Below, one piece after another: positions 44,874 through 59,509 of a stretch of 64,000 nt of DNA; position 1 is the first letter of the stretch; each line of letters begins with the position of its first letter. A model generated the notes under the pieces. That model saw nothing but the letters and a program-made list of their open reading frames with translations. It did not search any database and was not told the origin of the DNA. Source of the DNA: the human T2T-CHM13v2.0 reference genome, Homo sapiens. A program made the translations under genes and the position numbers. The stretch lies in NCBI RefSeq assembly GCF_009914755.1, contig NC_060929.1. The stretch is one strand, 5' to 3'.

Positions 44874-45165
44874 TGAAGTGTCTGTTACCCCAAATTTCCC
44901 ATGTTTATATAAGAATTTTTAAAATTCCTTGTCAAATTGACTGGAAGGTAGGGTAATCTCATTGTTCAAATATGCATTTCTTTACTTATTTATGAGGTTG
45001 ACCATAAACATTCATATATTTGTTGGCAATTTGTACTCCTTTTACATATTGACTATTCATGTTATTTGCTGTTTTTTTTTCCTAATGGGATGTTTGCCTT
45101 TTCTTACACACCTGTAACATTATTTTTGTTTGTTTTTTAAAGAGATTTTTAAATAAGTAGACTTA

Positions 45166-45483
<318 letters not shown>

Positions 45484-46357
45484 CTAATTTCTAAAACTGC
45501 CCTTAATTTTTCTCTCCGTTTCTTCACTGAGTCCATCCTCTGGCAGATACCAGATGCTTTCAGAATGTTCAGCTTGCTCCCATGATAATTAGTTCAAAAT
45601 TCCATTTCAAGCGCTCCCCTCGCTTCCTCTGGGTAGATACCCATGTCCTGGGATACTTATCTCACCAGAGCTGGTTGCCAGTGGTGGAAGCAGGAGCAGT
45701 TGTGCCTGCTTTCTTGATCTAGGTTGGGTGGTTAGAGCTTTTTAAATTTATTAAAAACATTCATCCTCTGATGGCTTTTCTTTTTTTCTTTTTTTCTTTT
45801 TCTTTTGGCTTTGCTTTACCAGCAGGTTTTATTTTGGAAATTAAGTAACTTGCTGAATCATGAAGTCATACAGCTAAGCAGATTTGAATTCAAGTTGTTT
45901 GGCTCCAGAATCAGGGCTCTTAATCACTGTATACTCAACTGTTCTCCATGATGGCTCAGGCACATGCAGACATGTGAAGCACTATGTAATACCAGCCGAT
46001 GTGCTTTTACTTGTATCCAATTGGCCTTACTGTGCTACTCCCTTCAGACTACAAAACAGAAACCATAAGGTTCCCTAAGATTTGTGTGTGCTGGCAGACG
46101 AAAGGGAATGAGGACAGGTGCGGACAGTGTGCGTGGGTGATGTTTAGTGAGGCGCTGGAGGACAAAAATGGAAGACTCATGTCTTTTGAGCTTATTAAAA
46201 AAGGAAAAAGATTTGAGAAGAATTCAATAAGTGAGTTTTTCCTAAGAATTCCCAATAAAAAGAACTAGATATAACTTTGGCTACAGAGAAGGGGATGGCC
46301 GAATTAAAAGTAACTGATCTATCTTCATATATATAGTATGTATATACACATATATAT

Positions 46358-46480
46358 ATTTTAATAGAGATGGGATCTCACTATGTTGCCCAGGCTGGCC
46401 TCAAACTCCTAGGCTGAAGCAATCTTCCTGCCTTGGCCTCCCAAAGTGCTGGGTTTATGGGTGTGAGGCACCATGCCTGT
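46358..46480 (-). mobile_element. FLAM_C / Alu left monomer
   Basis: TAGAGATGGGATCTCACTATGTTGCCCAGGCTGG...CCCAAAGTGCTGGG. Confidence 0.85.
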
Positions 46481-47605
46481 TTCTAATATATTAAAAATAT
46501 TAATTACCTATTAAAATCCTTAATCTTTTATCCTAGTCTGATGTTTGTTATGTAATTTAGTTAGTTCTATTTTGAAAAAGACATTCACAATTTTTTGTTC
46601 AACAAAATGTAGTCTTTATATTTTTAGAAATTGATTTTCCATTTGCAGATTAAATCTTAAGTAAAATATTCTTGGTTTTTTACGTTTTATTTCTTACATT
46701 TAACTCTGTACTATTACAGAAGCCTTTCTCTGCTCTCATTTTTGCCCCCTATGACTCAGTTTCTAAGAGCCACAGGATCTTTAAACAATGCTGTAATTAA
46801 ACCATTTCACTCTCTTGCTTAAAATCTGTGGCTTCTCATTAGAATAGAACCTTAATTTCTTTCCTTGGTTTACAAAGTCCTAAAAATTCATGTACTACTT
46901 TCCCCATCATTCACTTAACTCTAGCCTCACTGGTCTCCTTTCTTTGAACTCACCCAGCCTTTTCTTGTCTTAGGCGTCAGAGTAGCTTTTCTTTTGCTTG
47001 CAGTCCACTTCTCTTTGTTGAGGTTCTGAATCAGAGCCTAGCTTAAACATCTCTTCAGAAAGGCCTTCCCTCATCATCTGGTTGTTCTCTATCACACCAG
47101 CTTGTTTTCATTTTATGCACAGAACATGCCTCCGATATCTTCTTGCTTATTTATTATCAACCTCTGTGAGTTGTATGCTCCTTAAAAGCAAAGATCTGTG
47201 TCTGTCTTGCTCACTACTGCATCCCAGGACCAGAATAATGCCTAGCTAATAAAAGGTTTGAGAAATATTTGTTGCATAAATTCTTTAATCTATTTAAGCT
47301 TTATTTTATTGTGTGAGGTGAGACAAATCTATTTTTATTTTTCTCAAGAACTGACTTTTCTATTTATTGGAATGGGAATTATCCATCCTTTTACCACGAA
47401 CTTAAGATGCCACCTCTATCAGATATTTATGTATTGATATATATTCGGGTATGGTGTGGGTTTTCTACTTTATTCTGACAGTTCAATCTCATGCCAGTTT
47501 CACTGTTTTACATGCAGGAGTTTTAAATTTCAAATACCCAACTGCAATGCCTCCTACATTTATCCTCTTTCTCCCTCACCAATTCTCCATTTTTAAGATT
47601 TTCTT

Positions 47606-47893
47606 GGCCGGGCACAGTGGCTCACACCTGTAATCCCAGCACTTTGGGAGGCCGAGGAGGGCGGATCACGAGGTCAGGAGTTCAAGACCAGTCTGGCCAA
47701 CATGGTGAAACCCCGTCTCTACTAAAAATACAAAAATTAGCTGGGCGTGGTGGTGCATGCCGGTAATCCTAGCTACTCGGGGAGGCTGAGGCAGGAGAAC
47801 TGCTTGAACCAGGACCCGGGAGGCGGAGGTTGCAGTGAGCCGAGATCGCACCATTGCACTCCAGCCTGGGCTACAGAGGGAGACTCTGTCTCA
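47606..47893 (+). mobile_element. AluS on the plus strand, essentially without a tail
   Basis: GGCCGGGCACAGTGGCTCAC...GAGACTCTGTCTCAA. Confidence 0.95.
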
Positions 47894-48639
47894 ATTCTTG
47901 AACAGTCTCACCACTTATTTTTCTCTTTATAAGTTTAATACTTCTTGTATTACAGATATATGTTACTTTGTGGAGAATTGCCATCTTTAAAATATTCTCA
48001 CCAACAGTGTGTTTCATTTTCCATTTCCCTATACCCTCATTGTATATCAACTTAAAAATTGTTAGTCTATTAGATTCACCAGTGTTTTCTTCTACATTTT
48101 CTTTTCCATTTTATACTGAAATTTTTGATTCATTTGAGATGCATTTTGGTGTGAGAGGTGAAATAGAGATCCAGCTCCATATTTTTCCCCCAAGGATCTG
48201 AAATAGCCTTTATCATATACTAAATTTATATTCATATAAATTTGGGTTTGCTTCTGGACTCTTATTGTTTGATCTTCTCTTCTTTTACCATACATTGAAT
48301 TATTGTAACTTAACAAAGTTTTACTAGTGAGCAGAGGTAGTTCCCTCTTACCACTATTCTTTTTCAGATCCCATCCCCGGCAGTCATTCTTGCCTGTTAA
48401 AAAAATTTTAATTGGATTTTAGAACCATTTCCTCAAATTCTCCCCTCTGCTAAAGCCCTTCTGTGCTTTATTTCATTGAATTTACAGATTAACATAGAGA
48501 GAATTCACATTTTCACAATATTAACTCTCCATATACAGTACAAGTCATTCTTTTTAAATGTCTTTTTGACTCTCACTGGAAATCCTTTTTTCAATTATAT
48601 TTGGCTACTGCTGGCATACAGAAAAGCTTTTGGGTTCTA

Positions 48640-49044
48640 TGTATTTGTTTTCTAGGACTGCTGTAACAAGGTACCACGAACTATTGTCTCACATTTCTGG
48701 AGGCTAGAAGCCAAAATCAAGGTGTCTGCAAGGACATGCCCTCGAAGGCTCTTGGGGGAGAATCTGTTCCCTGCCTTTCTCTTAGCTTCTGGTGTCATGT
48801 TGGTGGTACTTGGCTTGAGGCTGCATAACTCTGTTGTCATATAGCCTTCTCACTATGTCTTCACAGTGTCTTCTTACTCATAACATCAGTCATACTGGGT
48901 TAAAGGCCCACCCTATTCTAGTAAGTTAAGACCTTATCTTAACTATTTCTGCAAGGACCTGTTTCCAAATAGGGTTCCATCCTGAGGCATTGGGGGTTAC
49001 GGCTTCAACATATCTTTTTGGGTAACATAATTCAACCCATAACA
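48640..49044 (-). mobile_element. MLT1(B/C-like) solo LTR
   Basis: TG...CA ends, CTGCTGTAACAA, TTCAACATATCTTTTTGGG...ATTCAACCCATAACA, flanked by a GTTCTA direct repeat. Confidence 0.85.
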
Positions 49045-51393
49045 GTTCTACATATCATGTAAATACTCATTTTAATTTCCTCATTGCTTCTGATTATTTC
49101 ACAGATGACTCTCTGTTTTCCTGGGGCACAGCTTATCTGCATATAATGAAAATGATGTCTCTTTTCCAATATTTATTTCTCATTTCATCTTCTTATCTAA
49201 GCTCATTGACTGGTACTTTTATCACACCTAGACAAGAGGTATTCATTATCTTTAAAAAGTTTGCTTGTTTTTAAAATCTGAGTATGATTACTACTGGAGT
49301 GGAACATTTTAAAAACCCATCCATTTGTATTTCTTCTTCTGTGAACTATGTGTTTCTATCCTTTACTTTTTATATTGAAGGTTTTTAATTAATTTGAAAG
49401 AGCTCTTGTGCATTGAAAATCTTAACTTCTTGTGACTATTAAAAATATTTTCCTCCAAGATTTTGAAAGCACCTTGTCAGCTATCCAGCAGCCAACAGAA
49501 AGCACAAAACGAAATATAAGAAAGGTACAGATCTACTGTAACACAGATTAATTATACCTTTCTGTGCAACAGTCCAATACATGAGCAAATCCCTCTCATA
49601 TTGTAATAGTAAGATGAATAGTGGAGAGCAATGTAGATTTTTATGAAGCAGTCTTGAAAATTTCCAGTACAATAATACTTATAACTTGTCTCATAGTATA
49701 GCATTTCTAAACCATTCATTTTCTTTCCAGCTAAAGCACTCAAAGGAGCTTCATGGACTAAATGATCTGATTAACCCTTTAATACCACATGCCTCACAGC
49801 TCTGCATCCCATGTACTTAAGTTTACACTGACATTTAAAGGCCTTAACGCCATCAAAGAAAGGATTAATCTGTCCTCGGTTTGTCTAAATGACCAAATAA
49901 TAAGATTTAAGTGATAACTAGCTGTAGGATATGTCCTTATTAAATTTGATAGGATTTAAAAAAAACCCAAGTAATGAAGTTTGCAAAGTGATTTAGATTA
50001 AACAGGTTTGACTGCTCAATTTTGAAGTGATTCAGTGTACAGGTACAGGTATAAAGGCAATCTTAAAATATTAGGCTTTGAATGTTGCTGACCAGAAAGT
50101 TGAGAAATGTTAAACAAACATTACAATATATTGTTTTAGCTACTTTTCATTACTCATAAAATAAACATGTTTTTATTTTAGCGGTGTGCCTTCTCTCCCC
50201 TCCTCACAAGTTTCATTCCCCCCAAAGATTTACATAACATGGTACAAAACATGAGAAAGGAAAGACAACCTACTTCTTGAGATGTTGATGCTCAACCAGA
50301 AATATAAATGTCCTAAAAGCCCAGACAGAAAGTCCCTGTCCAGGACCACTGAGGAGGTTATTTTGATTTACTAGGACTGATCTGCCCATTAGCCAAGAAT
50401 GATAAAGTAAAGATGCTAGGACTTGGGAATGTTCTTACTGGCATTAAAACCGGCCTGGATTTGGTCATCTTACTGATTCCATACCTTGTATCTTTCTTTC
50501 TTTGTCCTATGCATATTCTTACTTAAAAATGATGTGACCTTTGCTGTACAGAAAAATACAGATGTTAGGTTTACTACTTGTATCTATCACTTGTATGCCT
50601 TTGTTTTGCCTGTGTTCCCTGTGGAAGCCTTTATATTTGTCTGTGCAAGGACTTGGGGCATATTACAAATAAGTGGTTACACTTTACCATGACACTTTAT
50701 ACCTGCAATGTGTATGACTTTGCACATGTTCACTGAGACAACTGATCTAAGAAGTTTATATGTCCATGTGTGTGTGTAAAATTTTCATGAACAGAATAAT
50801 TTTATATGATTGTATTTAGGTAGTGTTTTTCACCACCCAATAGCAGGTAGGAATTGTACATAGTAAGAACACATATTGTATATACACACACACCTTCATA
50901 TATATGCCCTGGGTCACAATGGAAAATGTGTTTTGTATTGTGGTTTGCAGTCAAAACAGTGGGAAAGGCACTGTATTAAACGTGTTTGCAATGTGATGGA
51001 ATCCTTCTTGGCATTCTTTCATTTCCAGAGGTCAAAGATGTTCTTGCTTTTCATTCAATCTACAAATGTTTACTGGACAACTACTATATGTTGGTTGAGG
51101 GCTCAGGTGTTGGGGCAGGAAGAAAAAGAGGCAAAATTACTTGGCAATTTCTACCTGTTATTACACAGATATAAGGGTTTAAATAAAAACTTAAAAACAA
51201 GATGCTGAATTGATTACAGCTGCTCATATTTTAATATGCTTATTGATGGCCATGAAAACCTAAGTGGAATGTATGAAAAATTCCCAGAAATATAGTCTTC
51301 ACAGGATGTTAAGCCTCTTGTGCTTCTCATTAATACTTGGAGAGTGATCCAGTATAAAATCTATAGTTGAGACAGGAATTCTCTAAAGATATA

Positions 51394-51690
51394 TTTCTTT
51401 TTCTTTTTTTTTTGAGACAAAATCTTGCTCTGTCACCCAGGTGGCAGTGCAGTGGTGCAATCTCGGCTCACTGCAGCCTCTGCTCCCAGATTCCAGCGAT
51501 TCTCCTGCCTCAGCCTCCGGGTAGCTGGGATTACACGCATGTGCCTCCATGCCCAGCTAATTTTTGTATTTTTAGGAGACACAGGGTTTCACCATGTTGG
51601 CCAGCTGGTGATCCTCCTGACCTCAGGTGATCCACCCGCCTTGGCCTCCCAAAGTGCTAGGATTACAGGTGTGAGCCACCACGCCTGGCC
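51394..51690 (-). mobile_element. AluS
   Basis: Full dimer read directly. Confidence 0.93.
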
Positions 51691-52276
51691 AACAAAGATA
51701 TGCATTCTTTCATTTACCTTATTATTGATTTCTTCTTTTCTAGGCTTTTTGGCAACAAAGTAATTTTTTTAGTAATCATGATTTGAGTCCTTGCTGCAAG
51801 ACTTATACATATGAATCTGTATCTATATATATTTGTGTTCTGTTCTCTTTAAGCTTTAATTGGTCAAGAAACCATTTGCTATATATATATATTTATATAT
51901 AGAGACACAGAGAGAGAGGTTATACATTAAAAAAAATACCAAAATAGTTTCTGTAAATGAAATACTACTTGGAAAACTAATTGGCACTTCCCCCGCACCC
52001 GCCCCCACCCACCCACCCCTTCCCAAGCCAATCTATTGCTCTGGTACTTGATAGCAACCACAAAATAATCTAATTCTCTTGGTGTTCAAACCTCTAACAC
52101 TAAACCTTAATATCAAGTTTTACACTATAATTACTTTTTATTTTCTCAACTTTTCCTTTTCCCACCTCAAATACTTTTAAAATGGCATGTAATATGTTTT
52201 GGGATGACATTCCAATTTAGAAATGCTTCTGATATATGTTATTCTCTGAAGAAGTAATTTTTGGCATGTGTAATAA

Positions 52277-52604
<328 letters not shown>

Positions 52605-52969
52605 TGATATAATCTGTGCTTTATAACAACAGAACCTTTAAGAATAACTTAGGAAAAAATAATTATTTTTCTCTTTTCTGATCTTTGGACAGATTCAATA
52701 AATGTTATGATTTCTAGTGATTATCTACAACTTCCAAAATCATACCAACCATAATAACACTGTAAGTATTTAATGCAGCAAAAATTCAAGTTTTTTTTTT
52801 CCAATTTTGACTTTTCAAATTTAAATGCTATATATAGATATTTGGTTCCTTACACCAATGCCCATTAGGCTGGTGATATAAGGCTCACACACATTTTCTG
52901 GAAATATAAAAAATCTAAATGAGTTGTCTTGTATTTTTGGAAAATAAACTCAAGTGATTGGGTAACAGG

Positions 52970-53234
52970 GTCACAATTGTACTGGAAAAATGCTTTCTGA
53001 CAAAATGATACTTTTCCCCCCCGAGTCAATCTAGATAATCAAGATTGGCTACAGCCAAATTATGGTGGAGCTGGCCCAAATTTTCATAACTCTGTGTTCA
53101 GTGATGTCATATTAGTAGTTTGAAATTGGTCAAAGGTAGGAGTATTTATACCACAGAAATCAGCAAAAGCTACCAATCAGAGGTTCCCCTCCTATTCTGA
53201 AGAGTCTTTAAATATTTGCCAGCACTTCACTGGC
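52970..53234. mobile_element. MER63-like hAT fossil
   Basis: GATGTCATATTAGTAGTTTGAAATTGG...GGAGTATTTATACCACAGAAATCAGCAAA...CCAGCACTTCACTG. Confidence 0.5.
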
Positions 53235-53491
53235 AATGGCCATTATTGTTTCAAAATACCATTCAACTCTTCATTGTTCATAAGAATCTTATTTGAAGAT
53301 CTAAATGGTTGGGGGTGTTTTCTGTGTGAATCTGTCCTCGAAAAAGATTTAAATGTTTCTCATTCATTTATAGTCATGGAAATGTTAGAGTTTCACTGTG
53401 AAGGCCTTATTATGTGAGACCTTCCCCAAAGAGAGTTCTTCCTTTTATATCAGTTGTATTCTATTCCAAATAAACTGCTTACAATTCAATC

Positions 53492-53650
53492 TTTTAGAGA
53501 TAGGGTCTTGCTATGTTCCGTAGGCTGGAGTACATTGGCATAATCATACCTTACTGCATCCTCATACTACTGGGCTCAAGCAATCCTCCCACCTCAGCCT
53601 CCCCAGTAGTTGGGAATACAGATATGTACCACTACACCCAACTAAAATTT
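53492..53650 (-). mobile_element. FRAM / AluJ right monomer
   Basis: GAGATAGGGTCTTGCT...GGGCTCAAGCAATCCTCCCACCTCAGCCTCC. Confidence 0.8.
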
Positions 53651-53749
53651 GGATTGTTATTTGAAAAAATGGTATTCTATTTTTTAAAACTCAATCCATG
53701 CTTGTGAAGCAAAATATGTAGACTTCGAATAGAACCTAACAGATTATAG

Positions 53750-54001
53750 TTCTCTGTCATAAAGTCTATGTGGTTTAATGATAAAAGGTTAATTTAAAAA
53801 TTTTGTAAAGTATAAAATAAACAATTTTATTAGATGAACTCATTTATTTGACATATTAAATTAGACAAAGAAATATATATGTAACCAGATAAAAACAATC
53901 ACATTCTCATACTACTTGAACACATAGCAGTGGTCAAAAATAATGGATTGTAAAATGGACCCCAGGATTTAATGCAAAAACCACCCCATACGAGAAAAGT
54001 T
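53750..54001 (-). other. TBCA: TBCA 3'UTR (end approximate)
   Basis: Lies between the TGA and the polyA signals. Confidence 0.75.
53774..53848 (-). terminator. TBCA: TBCA polyadenylation signal cluster
   Basis: Minus-strand AATAAA at 53848-53843 and 53831-53826, and ATTAAA at 53779-53774, about 155-230 nt after the stop codon. Confidence 0.75.
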
Positions 54002-54082
54002 TCAGGCTTCTAACTTCACTGAATCCAGTACTAAACGTGCTTCTTTATATTCCTCAGCTTCTTCCAAGTCTTTTTCATTTTC
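54002..54082 (-). CDS. TBCA: Tubulin-folding cofactor A, last coding exon (ENEKDLEEAEEYKEARLVLDSVKLEA*)
   Basis: Acceptor TTTCATTTTAG|GAA at 54083, 27 codons ending TGA at 54004-54002; matches the recalled TBCA C-terminus. Confidence 0.97.
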   Translation of the reverse strand, partial: ENEKDLEEAEEYKEARLVLDSVKLEA

Positions 54083-54926
54083 CTAAAATGAAATACAATA
54101 AAAATTAAGTTTATCCTTTTCAAGTTTCAGTACTTTGTTATTTACTCAAATATTACAAACCATTAATGTTAATAACTAAAAAATTAAAAGTAAAAAATCC
54201 CAAGCCTCATCTAAATATATTGTAATTCCACAGGTTTCCCACATTCTGTTCCTTCTTTACAAGGAAAGGAAGAAATAACTGGTGGTTTTGTTTCACTGTA
54301 TATATTCTCATAAAATAAGTGAATAACAGTCTTCTAAAGCTACCAGCATTAATTAAATAAAAACCTCAGAAAAAGTTTATTCTCATTTTGTTGACCCATC
54401 ATCATCATACAAAAGAGAAAAGTAAAAAGGAAGATTTACTAACATGTTACATATATGACAGCATTCAGGCCAAAATAATCCACTGACTATTCACAATGAC
54501 AAAGAAGGCTTCTGATGTCACAACAGAGTTAAATATAATCTTTGAATTAAACAAATGAATTGCCTGCTTGCTAATGGGTATTACATACCCTACACTAAAG
54601 GAAACAAAATACATCTTTCATTTTCTGATATTTAAAGATTGAGTTTTTCCATAATACTGATATACAGGCAACTTTTACTAATATATTGTAATGATAACAG
54701 ACAAATGAAATAATATTATCTAAAGTACACAGGAAATTTTGTTTGATTTTTAAATGAAGCTATGGTTAGCAATTTATGTCAGGTCAATAAAAGATGGAGA
54801 TATACAAACAGTAGAGGAAATAAAGTATGTGTGTATTTAATATGAAAACTGAAAGCAAAACGACTGAGAATTTGCTTAGCTCAAACTATACGTAAGAATT
54901 TCTTAAACCTCCATGTTATACCTTAA

Positions 54927-55223
<297 letters not shown>

Positions 55224-55849
55224 TGAGAGAAAAAAGCATTTAAACTGTCAAGAAATACAAATGATGCTTCCTGTCTTAGATAGTATTTTAACAGTTATTA
55301 TTTCCTGCTTTATCTACCTTCTGTATCACAAGGCATTTATACCAGCAAGTATAAGTGTTATTCAGCTCCAAGTTAGTATGAGGGGACTACATAGATTACC
55401 AGGTTTTTTCCCCCTCTCAAACTGATCTAGGTTTGAATGTGAAAGAATTCAAGATCCTTTTAATAAGATCCCAAATTCTTTTGAAACATTAGATCTTTTA
55501 AAATTTTAATCAGTCAACTCATCCTCAATGTCTCAAAAGATCTTTATGTATGAAAACCAAATAATCAAGACATTGCTGGACAATACTGGTACTATCATAA
55601 CTTAAATAAATTTAACTAGCTAAATTTTAATAAACTGAACAAACATGCTAGAAAACAGTACTTTTACTGGAGGCATAATTCAAAACACAATTTAAACTCC
55701 ATTAATTATTTTAAAATATAGCGGTATAAAGGGCAAGTGAATAAGAAATACTGCCAACTAGTTCTCAGTGTTAAATATTTAAACTTTTGGCTTTCCATGT
55801 ATTGGATTGAAAAAAAAAATTTAAACATGACACAGAAGTCTTTGCTTAC

Positions 55850-55936
55850 TAGTATCCGTTGAAGATCCAAATATGCGGCTTCCAACCTGCGCTGGCAATC
55901 TGGGATCATCATCCTGGATTCTTGTAGGATCTCTGC
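55850..55936 (-). CDS. TBCA: Tubulin-folding cofactor A, penultimate exon (exon 3; 87 nt, AEILQESRMMIPDCQRRLEAAYLDLQRIL)
   Basis: Acceptor TTCTCATTCTAG|GCA, donor CTA|GTAAGC, phase 0 on both sides; joins the last exon in frame. The upstream exons are outside the window. Confidence 0.97.
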
Positions 55937-56100
55937 CTAGAATGAGAATCTCTGTGAGACGTTCAAAGATGGCAGAACTTGTAGGTGTTTAGCTCATATC
56001 TTGGTAAGTATATCCTTATTAAGAGGAATCAGAAAAAAGTTATGGTTATGTTAAATGGTTCAATATTTTAACTTAAATTGTATTTATTAGAAGTTAGAAA

Positions 56101-56408
<308 letters not shown>

Positions 56409-59222
56409 GTTAGAAAAGAAAGACTATCATACTGTAAAATCTACAAAGTGCAAGTTTTAGAACTAAATCTTTTTGGTAATCACCTTCTCATGCTAAGTGA
56501 AAGTTAACTGGAAAAGCTTTTCATAGAGCATTTATTTTAAAAGGCTATTTAAAATAAACTATTTCCCCTGCTGTTGCAAAGCACCTTTATCTAAAATGGG
56601 ATCAGCTGGTTATATAAATATCTCCTGCATCTTTTGAGTAATAAAGAAAAACAGTGTTCAGATAATATCACATGGAGATAATTACTGCATGAAAAAAGTT
56701 ATTGAGTTATTGATCACATCGTGTGCACACTGCAGGAGGTTCACACTGAAAGAGAGAGGTAAAGAAAAACGAAAAGCAAAGACCAGCAGGTTCATATTTT
56801 TGATGCTTATCATGCATAAAAAGTTATTACTTATCCTCATGCTTCATTTTAGGAGAGCGATTATTCTCCCCATGCAATGTGAGCCAAATTACCAATGTGG
56901 CACCCCTCTGAATCTAAACTTCTTGCCTATTCCTCCTGATGACAGACACTACAGAATTAAACACAGAAATATGTATTCTAGAGGATATTTCTGGACGTAA
57001 AGTCCATCATTCAAAACTGGACTATAACACATCAAATCATGAAAGAAAAAAAATCAAATCAATGACAGGGAAACCCAATTGATAAGAGTAAATAAGTTAA
57101 TGCCACATATTGGACTTCAAATAGGGCTTTTTCTTAGAGTAGCAGGAAGCTTTATTTCCTTAAACTATTCTCAGAAAGAAACATAGAGCTCATCTAAACA
57201 TTTATTTCCAAAAAAACAATGTTTGGTCAAATACCTTTAAAGAAATAGGTAGACAATCTGAGCTTTTTACTAAGGAGATTAACGGTAATAATACTATATT
57301 TTAATAGAAACTTTAAGTCCCAGTACCTTCTTCCTTTCCCAAATAGCTTTGTCAGAGCTCATATTGAAAACAAAAATCTCAATTATAACATACAAAGAAG
57401 TTCTTTATTCACATCTATTTTCTCAGGTGGAAATCTATTGTTGAACTTAAACCTCTTTTACTAATAAGGCACAGGTTGAAAATTTCAAACATAACATCAT
57501 TATTTTACTTCAGAGCTAATCATACTATACCTACACATTTAACCACTGCCATTAAATTATTTTTGTGTATCTGGTTAATCTGAATATATGTGAAAAATCA
57601 GTGACAGGAATATTTCTTAGTGGCTTTTTCCTATTTCCTTTCCTATGGAATTCCCTTCAGAATCGTTACAGGAATTAAACAAGATGAAATGACTAGGTCA
57701 AATCCATGACAAGTCACAATATGTGTTTGTAAAAAGAAATATTTTCTAAGTTTTAGCCACCAAAAAAAACTTTAGACAATGCCATCCAAAAATAACTTCT
57801 ATTCATTAAAATTCTATCTATTATTACAGATCAAGAATCCTCAGTCTATCAAAACAGGACTCCAACTTACACAGGGCCAAAGCTCAGGCTCTCCCATACA
57901 CTACCCCAATTCATTCAATAAGTTTACTATACGTCTTCAGGATGCCAGGTACTGAGGATACAAAGATGAAAAAGAAAAGGTCTCTGTCCTCCAAATCCGT
58001 AAGTCTAGGTGTATTAACATGAAAAGAAACATTTGAGATTGCTTCAAGAAGATCATGCCACAGAGAGGCAAAGGAACACAGTGATGGCTATGATTTGGAA
58101 TCCACAAACCACATCTTCATCAAAGCCATAAATCATATATTTTACCTTGGGACAATGAATTCCAACTGTCTGGAATAATTTTAAAACACAGTATATGAGG
58201 TGTGATTATATATGTAAAGATACCCCCCAAAACACCTAAACTTAATTAAATGAATATTATCTTTCAAAGTGTTTCCCTTGGGAGGTAGTAGTCAAATGAA
58301 TTGTGCCTCTGTTTACAATATCTGAGTCAATTGTCAGTTTATTCTAATGTTGACTATGATAAATCTGAGCTTAATTCAGGATCTTGGCACAGACTGGGAG
58401 ATGCAAAGAACCTTAGAGGAACAAACACAACAGGATGTGGTACTCACTGATGTCTAATTGTTTTTAAAACAAGTTATGGTTTTATAGGGGGTACTTATTT
58501 GGTAAAATGGAAGTTGGGAGTTAGTTTAGCAAGGTTCAGGTTATAACAATGAATAAATGGCTGAACCTAAAATCTAATCAATTTCCTTTAGAGTCAAACA
58601 TATGTAAATTGGAAAGGATATACCCCAATTGGCAGATCTTCATTTTTGTCAGAAAGAAGAGTTCTGTGAAATAATCTGGCCAATGTCAATCAAGCTCTTA
58701 GGTTATTGCTTGATTGTGATGAGGTTTCCAGCTTCTTTAAGGATCCAGATCATCCATCAGAAGCTGGCTATACCTTTAGCTATAACAATCAATAGATACT
58801 CTAATATTGGCTACTGGCTACCCTCTGAAACCAATGGCATTAGTTTGCCAGGTTGAGCTCTAGAGTAATCCAGAGATTACTGGAATAATGGTTAAGTGTT
58901 TCCTTTAGATGGCAGTAAAATGTTAATGTACTCACTTCTCAGGAAATCTATCTGACTTGTATTTTGTGGTTATTGCTAAATGAGTAAGATTGTAAGAAGA
59001 ATCTTAAGTCAAAGAAAAAAAATGATCTTTGGGCCCTTACGCTCTAATGTATCAATAATTACTTTAAATGTAAATGATGTAAATACACTAGTTAAGAGGC
59101 AGAGATTCATGGATTGGACCCAATAACATGCTGTCTACAAGAAACTCATTTCAAACATAATGAAATAAAAAATAAAAGGATGGGAAAATATATATAATGT
59201 AAACATTAATTTAAAAAATCAG

Positions 59223-59509
59223 GGCTAGGCATGGTGGCCCATTCCTATATAATCCCAGCACTTTAGGAGGCCAAGGCAGGAAGATAGCTTGAGGCCAGTA
59301 GTTTGCGACCAGCCTGGGCAACACAGTGAAACTCTGTTTACAAAAAATAAAAATTAGGTGAGTGTGGTGGCACATGCCTCTAGTTCTAGCTACTCAAGAG
59401 GCTGAGGCAGGAGGATTACTTGAGCCCAGGAGCTGGGAGGTTACAATGAGCTATGATCGTGACAATGTACTCCAGCCTAGGCAAAAGAGTGAGACCTTGC
59501 CTCTAAAAA
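59223..59509 (+). mobile_element. AluJ
   Basis: Diverged dimer with GAGCTATGATCG and CTTGAGCCCAGGAG. Confidence 0.92.

Noticed and set aside
55937-56000. Alternative upstream acceptors extending TBCA exon 3
   Set aside because: Any in-frame extension must read the TAG of the normal acceptor as a stop.
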